This document shows positions 13,201-25,200 of a stretch of 64,000 bases of DNA, piece by piece. The stretch is from NCBI RefSeq assembly GCF_964194025.1, contig NC_134470.1, positions 3,348,001 to 3,412,000 of the forward strand, written 5' to 3'. Numbering within the stretch: position 1 is the stretch's first letter; each line of letters begins with the position of its first letter. A model generated the notes under the pieces. The model was not told the origin of the DNA and searched no databases. It saw only the letters and a program-made list of their open reading frames with translations. The translations under genes and the position numbers were made by a program. The stretch is from Convolutriloba macropyga. Lineage: Eukaryota.

Positions 13201-16200
13201 CACTTCCAGTCAATACAACTGCCAATAAAACCTAAAAACAAAGCAGAGTTTGGAACATTTTGAGGAAGTAGTTTAACCCCAAATACCCCTTTTTTAAGCG
13301 TTCTTCAACCGGTATCTTTAATTTAATTATATTAAAGCTATTAATAGTGAAATCAAACATTAAAATTTTTTCCCCTGTTAATTCAAAAAAAGCTCAAAGT
13401 TATTGGCTGTGATGTTACGGCGCAGAGTAAAGGAGATGCGAAACATCGAAAACAGGGATACATTTTAAGCAGTTTTAAAAACTTGTTTGCATGTAAAGAA
13501 GGGACATTAGGGACATTTGCCAACTTTATGGCGTCGAATGGATCTTGATGTACCTTTTTATATGTTTTAATTGATATTCGCCTAATTTTCACTATACTTT
13601 AGCACATTATTTTTGCCTGATGACCGACAAAATGTCTTTCGCCTAATAGAATTGTGGCCTAATATCCAATCCACCTCTAAAAATAATAAAATTGCACGTG
13701 TTTTTTTAGGTGCTCTCTCTCAGTTCCAACATAAAAAACAAGAACTGCGAAAATTTTAGAAATGAAATTTGCATCGTCAGCACCCAAAATAGACCCCCTT
13801 AATTTTTTTTGAAGTCAGTGGTTCTTATCTGATATTTCGGTTTTCTACAAACACTGAAGAAGTCGACTCAGCAGTGCGTTGCAATGGGGGTTGAACTGCT
13901 ACCGGATGGATTAACTCTATCAGTCACAGGTCGCAGATTCCCCCGTGAGATTAATCCAGTTTTTAGTTCTGTGGCAGTCTACTAAAAGGAGAAGTGACAT
14001 GATGTTTCTTGAACACAGTTTCTCCCACGCTCAAAACTAAAATACAAATATTAAGAACAAACGAGTCTTTGGCATTTGAAAATTTACCACAGACATCAAA
14101 TGTTTGTTTTGAGGCAGAAGTAGATTACAAGAGAAGCAGTGGTCTAACTAAACAGTTATCCAATCTACCAATAGAAAATGTGTTTCAAATTTCAACTGAC
14201 TCTGTTTTATTTTTTCATGACACAGCCGACAAATTATATAACATTCTGGTATTGGAGCACCTTTTGGATGAAACGAAAGTTAGATACATTGGAAGGAGCC
14301 CTGGTTACAATCTGTGGATCAACTCAAAATCAATGTGGTTGCATTGGTGTTTCAAAAAACTTTTAGGTAAACTGAAAGGAATCTCCAGGGAAATATTAGA
14401 CCCAGTTAACGATCTACCAATCAGTGCTGAGAGCGCGCTCTATGTAGGTGAGGCATTATCTGTTTTAAAATCCGAAAAGGTAACACAAACAGCAACCTTC
14501 CAGACATAAAGACAAGGCTGCGCAACAAAGTCACTAGCAATGTACAATACAGATCGTCAAAAACTTTTCAGGGACGTCATTATTGATTGCATTGGAGGTC
14601 ACAATTCAAAACTAAACTGGAGAAAACTGTTTGGATTATTTAAATGCATCTTACGTGCAATTAACAGAGGAGGTGTGAACAACAATGGCGGAACAGCGAC
14701 CAAAGAATTGGAAGTATATGCCGTTGGAACAACCGTGACCTTGGAGTGCTACGGAACAAAGTTTGCTCTTTGAAGCAATCAAAACAATCAAGCGATACAA
14801 ATTCTGAATAAACTATCAAAATTTCGAAAAAATTGTGCTTCCGGGACCAATATGACAGAGCAGCAAATATTTCGGCTTCTGAAAGTTTTGCTCCCGTCAA
14901 CAAAGCATCTCTCTTTGCTGTGAAAAAATTGCATCCCCACTGATAAAAAACCTAATATAGATCAAAGTTTATTATCATAAGCTTATCAGTTCGTTGAGGA
15001 ATATGTTACGGAACAGCTGAACTCTTCTTCCGAATTTACAGCAGCTAGTTCTTTAAAAATGTTTCCCGAACTTCTTTTGCATGCTGTACAGTGTACCACT
15101 TCAGATCAGTCACAATACGCCTTGAGAGTTTTGACTAAGCTGGGAAACATAAGTTGCCGTGGGGAACTGCCCGAGTTTGTCTCACAAGCTCTATGTATTG
15201 CATCGCTACCAGCATTGTTGAAAACGAAAGGTGTTATTCACCCTAATGCAGTCACAGATGTCTTGAGGAGGCTAATAGCTAGATGTTTAGCCAAAGAAGC
15301 CAACTCAGAAGCGAAAGAAATTTTCCAAAACCTGCAAACGGTACTGAAGTGACAAGTGGAGAGAAAACCATCCTACATTCGTCTAAACTTTCAATCAAAA
15401 ATTGCTCAGTTTTCTCAGGTATTTGGAATATTGATTTTTGCAATGCATTCATTTCTATAAAACGAAACGAAAAGCTGAGAAGGGGTTGCCAATTCCATAA
15501 CTGGCCTTGCTGCTTCTGCCAATTCCTGCTATTCACAACACAGCCAAATGTTCTAAGACAAAGTTCTCGTTAGCAGTGAAAGCGGTATCCAACAAGGCGG
15601 CCCATTGGGCCTTTTGCCTTTTTGCTGTCGTTCTGGCCCATTGTAAAGGAAATTTCGGAATCGTAGCCAAACCTTCAACAACATTCCTGGTATCTAGATG
15701 ACGGTGTCCTCATGGGATCAGAAGACAATATCTTTAGATCCTGGATCCTTTCTGCGAGCTAGGGCTTGATCGCGGCCTCCACGTCATGGTCGATAAGTGC
15801 GAACTGTGGTCCACGGTAGATTTAGACAGACTTGATATAGGGTTATAACGAAATGATATTTCGGGTTTTGATGTTCTTGGAGCTGCGTTAGGATCCCCAG
15901 AGATTGTCTTCATGAAACTTAAATAGGAAATAATGATACGTTTTGAAATGTTAGACTGCCTTGATGACTCTCAGAGCGTCCTATGTATCCTACACCATTG
16001 CAATGGCGCACCAAAAATATTGTATTCCTTGCGTTGGCCGACGACCACCAGTTACTAAATCTCTAAAAGCATTTGATGTCCAACAGCTCAAAAGTTTTGA
16101 GAATATCCTCAGAACTTTTCTTCCAGAAGAATTCTCGACTCAAGCAACCTTACCCATAACCCTATCAGGATTGGGTGTTCACCAATGCGAAGACAAATAT

Positions 16201-19200
16201 AAAACAACATACGTTGGTTTGGTTTTTTGTCCTCTGAAGATTTTGTTTCAAAAATCAGCGTTGAAAACCAAAATTAACTCCTAAGATTTTTGGATCTTTA
16301 TTCTAGTATAAAACAACTGGACAATCCGAACTTTTCGGAAACAATGAACCAACACGCTACTGATAACGAAAAACGTTTTAAGGTCTCAAAAATAATCTAG
16401 CTTCTGAAGGAAAATCCGCTCATCTTCTCTCATAGTATTTTTGACATGTTCGAGCATGATTTTGTGCTCACCTCATATCAGCTCTTGAGCTCCATATGGC
16501 ACCAAATTATTTCAAATTGGCCCTGTCTACAAAGCAGAAAGGAAAAAAAGTTACCGTTCTGTAGTGAAGTAGTTCGTGACATCTATGGTGATCATGCCAT
16601 TGCGTGTCGCAGTCAAGGCGACGCAATTGCCAGACATGACCAGGTTCAAGACAAAATAGTGTCGGCTTCCTCATCTGCGAATCTTTCACCAGTAGCGGCA
16701 AAACATAACCGCTTTCCAAAACAACTGTCACGCCCCGGAGCAATCTTTGTCCCGGCTTGGAAATTGAGAAACTTGATGCGTTTGATGTAACTTTTAGTTC
16801 GTTGCTGCAGTCCAACTTTCTCAATAATGCGGCTACAAAGGCAAGATAGTAACTTGATGCGGCATATGAATTGAAATTTTGCCTCTACAACAATAGCTGC
16901 TCAAAAAAATGGGAAACACAATTGTTGCTCTTGCAATCGAAAACCTTGGTGGAATATAGGCAACTTTCAAAAAAACACTAAAGCGTTCGGCTGTGTTAAG
17001 TGACAATCGTTATTTCCAGGCGCAAGGCAGCTTCTTTATAGCATTCAGTAAACTCATACAATCCTTGTCAATCACCGCAATTCGGGAATCAGCAACAACG
17101 TCATTAGCGTGAGCTCCCTAGTTGAGAATTTCTTATTTTAAATACTGGCCCAATCAGAGAGGATATTGCATAATCCATTGTGGGGATATTGACCATTTTT
17201 ACAAAAGCTTTTTCTCTCCCAATGATTGAGGAGAAAAAAATGAAGACTGAAGTAAAACAGTACAGACAGAAATCAGAAAGAGAAGATAGATATATCCGTC
17301 GTGAACTAATATGACTTAACAGATGACAGTCAACGATTTATCCAATCTAATGCAGCTAATGATATTACACTAGATTTTTCGCAGATTTTTGCTCTTTCAA
17401 TGAAGTATAATTGATTAAACAAAAACGTTGTAACTGTAAAGAATGAAATTTTAAGTTGGTAACTTTCGAAAAGCTGACAGCTTGAGAAATCTCAACATTG
17501 AAAGAGCCTTAGTCAGAGGCCTTTTTACTGTCTGCCTAATCATGACATATGCCAATCTCTCTTTTTAATTGCTTTAATTTTCTCTTTCACGCCTTGAGTT
17601 TTGACCCAATATTCAAAAAAAAAGTTTTTGAGAAACAAGTTTCAAAAATTTTATTTTAAGCAAAATTTATATACTTAAGAATATATTGTACCAGATATAT
17701 ATTTTTTCAAATAGTCTTCAATGTGGCGAGCTCGACAAATGTCGAGATTTGACCATATGACCAAACTTGGGTGTAATTGGGTGTAAAAATTTCGCTCTTA
17801 CCAGTGGTGAGAAACTGTTTGATTTGATTCTGCTGACAGGTCGAGAAAGCTACTGGAACTACTAAATGAGCATATGCGTCCATAATACAGTAATCAGCAT
17901 CACACAAACAATAATCATCGGATTCTTCATAATCAGTGTTATCGTAATCATCGTTACCAGTCACATTGTAATCTTCATAATCAGTAATATTGTAATCGGA
18001 ATAATTGAAAAAGTCGAAATTAAGATTATCAAAGAGAGATTCTTGATGGAATGAGTTGTGATAGAGTCCAAAATTGTGACCAATCTCATGAGCCAGAGTA
18101 CTGGCTGTCATTGCTTGTATCTGGTCGTTGTCTTTTACCCAATTGACTGAAAAAAATCAGGGCAAAAACAAATAATACGGATGAATTTGTTATGAAACAC
18201 AACAGTGACGATTTTATTTGATTGTTGACAAACATTGTAATATTTTTTGCTCTGTAACCAGTTGATTTTTTACAAAAAATTAATTGCTTTGTTCAAAAAG
18301 CAAAACTTTGCTTCATTAAGTATTATGCTCAGAGTGAAAAAAATTATTGAAAAAACCGATCTTTTCAAAAATGACCCCTTTGCAAAAAATGGAGCTATTT
18401 TTGAGTATGATTTAAGCGAGCGATTTATTAACTAATCAGAGACGAATAATAACTCTTCACGTTTGAGCATACTATGTTAAACTTAAAATACGCCATGCTA
18501 TGTTAATAAGCCGAATTGGAATACAAAGCGAAAAGAATGTCCGACTGGCGATAACCGACCCGCGATTTCTGGATTACATGCCACAGCGCATGAGAGGCAT
18601 GACCATGAAAAGCGGTCCACAATTGCGCTGAAACTGATATTCGGCTATATAAATTGTGGGCCAAGTAAAGTATAGCACAGAAGGAGGAGGGATTCTCTAC
18701 TAGGTACCAAAGGGGGGCATTTGTTGAAAAAGATCCTAAAAACTATTAACTAAGGTATAGAATTAAATATTTAACGTTTTATCGAAAGACATAGTTGGTT
18801 CTTTCTGCAGTCTGTTGCTGATGAATTCACTGTCTCCTTTTAAATAGCAAATTTTACTGCTTTTTTGCTGACAACTTTCGAGGAAGTGTTTAAAACATTC
18901 TGTTTTTTGGGTATGATAGTAGCTGGAGAGCATTTGGTTCTTCTATTGCTCTAACAAATCGTGCTTTTACTTTTACCAACTTAATAAAAACAATCTTGTT
19001 TAGACTTTTCGTATTTATCATCCGTAAAAATGCAAAAATTAGGTTTTTTTCAACAAAAAAGCATTTGGTTTTTGAATACATCATTTCTAAGCTCTGTAAC
19101 TTTTCATGATTTGTCACGCATTTCATAAAAACGTCCAGATGAAAACTTTTTCAAAGCTCGTTTTCATCAAAATTACAAATGGCAGGCAATAATTTAACAT

Positions 19201-22200
19201 CACTAATTTTAACATTTTCTGTAATTTTAAAATCACTAGTGTCAAGAAGCCTGAAAGACGATATTTATCCATTTAAAAACTTAAGAGTAAAAAATCTCTG
19301 TCCTTCGAAGTATGACCACGGAAAAGTTACCGGCCCACTTTGAAACCTATTATTTGTTTTAATCAAACAACGATCAGGATACTTTAAGAGACAAGTGGTT
19401 TCAATGGTAAAAAATACAAAAATACCTGCTTGCAAAAATTGAAGATTCGAATTTCAGAACTGTTATACTTGAAACAATGATTTCAAAAAGATCCAACATC
19501 AAAAACGCTGTCAAAAAACCTATTAAACTCAATTTCAGAGAAACGAAAAGGCAACCACTGGTTCGTCCTCCCATTTTTTTGTTTTTGGTTATCTACAATA
19601 ATAATTATCTGGAGCCATTATTACCACATCAAAATTCCGAAGACATATTCTCAACAACTACACGGCGAAATAACTAAGCAGTGTCATGCGACAAAATAGA
19701 GATCCATGAGAGTCATATTGATATGTACTACTTAATGCTGAGATTATAAGGAAGAGATTGCGCTGTGAATATTTAATTCAGTTGAATTATTGATCCATGT
19801 AGAACAAGGAAACTGTTTGGAATCTTAAGTGTTGATTTTGGCCGAAGAAATTAAGCGCTCCCAACAAAATTTATTTTAAACATGTTCTGAAAACATTTTA
19901 GAAAATTAGAAAATCAGAATCCTAAAAATCATTTTCATTACATCATAAACCTAGTAGTCAAAATCACTCCTGCCAACTCATAACGTTCATGGATGATACA
20001 AATTCTATAACATGTTGAAATCAACTCAAAGAAAACAAGCTTGATAGATACTTTTTTGGATCCATCGAGTTTAGTTGAATTATCACAAAATGAGCGTTAT
20101 CACAAAAAATAGACCCAATTTTTAATGAAAATTGCTAAATTGAAGTTAATTTTACCAGCTTTTTATTGAAAACAAACTTTCATTGATAGGAGTCAAAACA
20201 AAACGTTAGTTTTAAAAACGCTAGTTCCAAGATGTTCTGTTTGATGTAAACCCTCAAGTCTTTTGTTGATTTTTGTTTACTTGATTTGTGGATTTTAAAA
20301 TTGTAGAAGGAATAACGTCAGAAAAATTGCTCTCGAACGACAGGCGGGCCGATTTAATTTAAACTTAGATAAATTTTGTTTATTGGTGCACCGATTTTCG
20401 GAAAATCATACATCGTGTGGAAAAACTTCCGACCAAGTTCGGATTGAAACCCACGACCCCGCGATAGTCCTCAACATAATCGTTCAACTCTCGGCTATCA
20501 GTCCCTTATTGCATCTTTAGCAGTGAATGCGGTTACTTTTGTCAAAGTTGCGGTAAATGTAGCGGCGAAGTATATACGTGTATGAGGCAGAACGTGGCTC
20601 GTCTATGTTCCAGAATTGGTGCGTCTATGGGGCAGCTTTTGGCTCGACCGTAAGTACTTGGTGCGTTTATGTTTCTTGTTCCAGAAAATTCCTCGCCTGT
20701 GTATGTCTGAACGGACCGTACCCCCTGTGTGCGTTCAAAAATGATCTGCGTCATAAACGAGGACAAATGAAAACCTCGACCTGGGATCTGTTTTCACCAC
20801 ATTGAACGCTGATAATAGCAATTCTTATAACCATTTACAACATTCAAATGTCGTGAATGTTGTGAAATGTTGGAGTTTTTAAATACACTACGGTACCAAA
20901 AAGCTACGTACACCTAAAGATTTTTTAGAAAGCAATGAAAACAACAAATAATATAACATCTTAAGTTCAAATTTGTTCTCTAATAACGCGTCTTTACACC
21001 TTTAGCATTTTTAACGTCTAGAACACGGTTTGTATAGTTTTCATACAGGTTTCTCACGACGTCTGCGTCAAATTTATTCCAACTTTCATAAAATTTTTCT
21101 TCTAATTTTTCCCAAAAACTGTCTGTTTTCGTAATCGTTGCTTCAAAATCGCCCATAAATTTTCAATAGGATTCAGATCTGGTCTGTATGCTGGCAATTC
21201 CAGTACTTTCCACTCGTTTTTTGGAAGAAATTGCCAATAATCTTCTATTTATGCACAGGAGCATTATCTTGTTGAAAAATAAAGTCCAGGAAATGCATTT
21301 TGTCTTCGTAAATTTTCAAAAAATTTCTAAATAACCGACAGCGTTTAGCTTGTTTGAACACCTACCAAGCAATTTCCGTCCATCTGATCGTATTGTACCC
21401 CAAAAATAAGTGATCGTTTGTCCGAACTCTAATTTGTTGCGTTTTTTTTTCAAGAAATCTCGTTCCATTTCTTCGAAAAACTCTAACAATTCCGTCGCTG
21501 GAGATGCGAACCCTTGTTTCATCAGTAAAAACAACATTCTGCCAGAGTGAAAAGAGCCGATTGAAAGAGAGCCAAAAATTTATATAAATTATTAGTCGAT
21601 AAATTCTGCAGCCAATTAAATTGCCGTCTGAAATGAGACTACCAAATTCACAGCCAATCATAACGGAGTATTTGAGAAATGAAATTTTAATATTTTCTAG
21701 TAAAAGAAACTGAAAGCGAATTAATAAATAATAATCTTCAAACTATAGCGGGCCATGGCCATGCCTTAGCGGCTTATGGGACTTGATATGAAACTATCAT
21801 AATCGAACATGAGACCAATTAACCCACTTAAGTACTTTTCTTTGTTATCAAATTAACAATTTAGGGCAATTAAAAGCAACTTTTTGCTTTCGGTCTTTTT
21901 AAATAAAGTCAGGTTTCGGCACTTTCTAACGTCGGCTCTCTTGCACGTGTCCTTTTTTTGGGCCTCGATTTTTGGGCCTCGAAACTGTTGTTTTTCAGGT
22001 AACGTTTGTATGCATACTGTGCAGTAGATCTTGATTTCAAGTTGAGTTGCTTTTGTATTTTAGACCATGAAAATCTGACATCTCGTAGCGTAACAACTTG
22101 GCAAACGTTAAAAGAACAAAGCGGTTTAACCATCTTTTCTGTTTGAGCGGAGAAACTGAGAACGAAATTTCTCTTAAAACTTCTAAATTTCACACCTTTT

Positions 22201-25200
22201 TTTCATGCCTTAGCGCAAATCATGCTTATGAAGCACGAATCATGCTTTAAAAGCAGAAATCATGCTGTACGTAGCTTTTTGGTGCCATAGTGTACTTTTA
22301 GACATTTTCACAGTTGATACTTTGACCCGGGTATCTTGTCATTTGCAGATTTTTCCATTGATTTTTCGAAAACAGAAACTTTCCAGCTTTCTTATGATCT
22401 CCGTTAAAAAAATGACAAACCTGAATCGGGACCTAGACACATAGTATCGAGATAAGCCAACCCAACGACATTATTATCATCAGTGAAGGTTTTAGTAGTC
22501 AATAACACAGCATTGTCATGAGTAGTAAGACTTTCCCAAGTAGAATAGTGCAATTCCATGAACAGGTCTAAGAGGTGCTCCGTTTCTGAAACAATTGGGG
22601 GCTGTTTTTTCAACTAATTCAAGATTTCAAGCCAATGCGACCCCACATTAAGCCTGCACCCACCCGGATCGAGGTTTTTGGGGGACTTTTTGTAAGAAAT
22701 GCTGTGAATGCGGTGATTTTTTGTTAGAAACGCGGTGAATGCGGTGAGTTTTTGTAAGAAATGCGGTGAATGCGGTTTTTGTAAGAAATGCGGTGAATGC
22801 GGTAATTTTTTGTAAGAAATGATGTGAATGCGGTGAGTTTTTGTAAGGAATGCGGTGAATGCGGTGAATGCGGTGAAAAAATAATTCAACAAATTTCACC
22901 GCAACTCTTATAGAAATTCACCGCAAAATTCACAACATTTCTTACAAAAATTCACCGCTTTTGTTTTCCAACGTTTATTCAATCTGCTTCAAATTCGCAA
23001 GAAATAGCAAAGCAGGACGGTACAGATGGCGCAGTGGAATAAGAAAATGTAGGCATGCATTGGGTGAGAGGTTCGAACCCCAATCCGCAAGTTTGTTTTT
23101 TTAAGAATTACGTTGAACGCGGTGAAAATAAATAATTCACCGCGATTCACCGCATTCACAGGAAGGTCACCCAGGATGAAGCCCGCGACCCAAGACAGGC
23201 ATTGGCCAGACCAACCATACCCAAGACAGGTATTGGCCAGACCGATCAGACTCAAAGAGGGGTATGGGCCAGACGGAACAGCCTTTGGCCACCATTGGCC
23301 AGACTGAACAGACCGAAATTTGGGTATTGGGCCAGACCGAACAAGCCAAAATCTGGGTATTGGCCAGACCGAACAGACCGAAATATGAGTATTAGCCAGA
23401 CCGAACCGACCGAAATATGGGTATTGGCCAGACCGAACAGACCGAAATATGGGTATTGGCCAGACCGAACAGACCGAAATATGGGTATTCGCCAGACCGA
23501 ACAGACCAAAATTGCCATTGGGCAGGCGGAAGGCGCGACCCAAATTTTTCCAAGCCATTGTGGACGGTCGCACCGGACCCCCTCTCCGCGACCCAAGTCG
23601 GTCTGGCCAATAACTGTCTTGGGTCGCGGACTTCATCCTGGGCAATTTTGGCCAGTTTGAGGAAACCTACTTGCGAGTACTAAAAAAACCAGTGAGGTTT
23701 TATGAGGGCTGACATACACTGGGTATACACGAGCGAGCTAAAATGATGAAAAAATTCTGGTATTGTTTATTCATTGTACCAGTTAAGACAAAGTTTTCTC
23801 AGTGATCCGCTTTTAAAATTAGTTTGATGCTTGTTTCCAGTTTCTTAAAAGATAAAGTTTTGGTTCCCGTTTCTGACGAAAGTTTTACGCCTCATACAAT
23901 AGTCAGACGTTTGGGTAGCTAGAGTGGTGACAATTTTTGATTGCACAAAACTGCATGTGTTCATTGATATCGAAAAAGGTTTTCCCCATTAGGCGGAACT
24001 GATTTTCGAATAATCTTTTTTGTTGTGACGGTTGAGAATTGATACGAGGCAAAATAATAATCTCTCTGTAGTTGTCGACGTATCATTTTTCAATTAATAA
24101 TTCTGACTCGTAATTGTTCTTGACAACAGAAAACACTATTTTAATATTAGTATGCTACTTTTTATCATGTTCTTCATCATTATGGTTTCCTAAATTAAAA
24201 AACAAAGCATCAATTATTTTTTTCCGCATTCGATGTTGTTGACTGCATTTTAAGCATAAATGATAATTTTCTACCTGTCAGTTTAGAAAATCAACGGTTT
24301 CCACCATTTACTAGATATAGGACGTCTAATAAAAACATATTTTGGCAATCTCAGATTCACATTATTTCCCAACAAAGTGCTCTTTAACATTCTGTTCACT
24401 GAAAAGTTTGTCTCTGATTCGTTTTGAAGGTAATCTTCAGCGCACCCGCAAATGTATAGTGAGGATTGATTCCGATTTATTTTATATTGAATGATAACTA
24501 GCTCTCTATTTGAAGCATTATTATAATGCAAACGTACTGAAAGCAAGTTGTAATTCAAAACAGTTTCCTCAAAAGAAAGTTGTGCCCAATTTATCACCCT
24601 GTATGTTAAATAAGACTCATCGTTATTTTGATCAGAAAGCGCCCAAAAAAATAAATAAACGGTCGTTGAACATAATTCTCAAGCATAGTCACCTAATAAA
24701 CTAGTTCCAGGTTAGTTCTAGGAAGAAACTGAATACAATTGCGGGTACACTTTCTATCAAATTTTGTATCATATGTCACTTTTGAGAGACCTAATGTCAT
24801 TCTAGAAATTGTTATAGTTCTCGGTTTTTGAAAAAATTTTTTGATAGTTTTGACAAAATTCTATATGTCTTAAACGCAGTTTTATTGAACATCAAGATTT
24901 TTAAATTGGTATTTGAGGCTACCAGCTAGTGTCTTTGGTTAAAAGACTCGGATTTTGAAAATTGACTTGGATAATGTTTCAACCAGCATTGTTTTAAATT
25001 GTTGCTTTATTTTGTGATCTTATGATTTATGGTTTTACTACTATAATATAGCCTAGATTCAAGAGTGATCATTATCTAAGATTCTTGAATCTCAAGATTT
25101 TTCAGTTTTTTTAAGGCAACTGTCTTTTTTAAATGAAGTATTAATAGCTTATTTTGTGCTTGTTAAATAAACGTTAATCACCAATCTGGCTTTTTATCAA

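Noticed and set aside
13860-13985. PHD-like remnant (DSAVRCNG...GWI) upstream of the CRE element
   Set aside because: Too few ligands survive and several frameshifts would be needed.
23320-23510. ~30-bp repeats resembling a CRISPR array
   Set aside because: Head-to-tail with no unique spacers, inside a TIR-bounded MITE in a eukaryote, and no cas genes.
22614-23683. Multiple overlapping ORFs up to 218 aa
   Set aside because: They are translations of MITE internal repeats.
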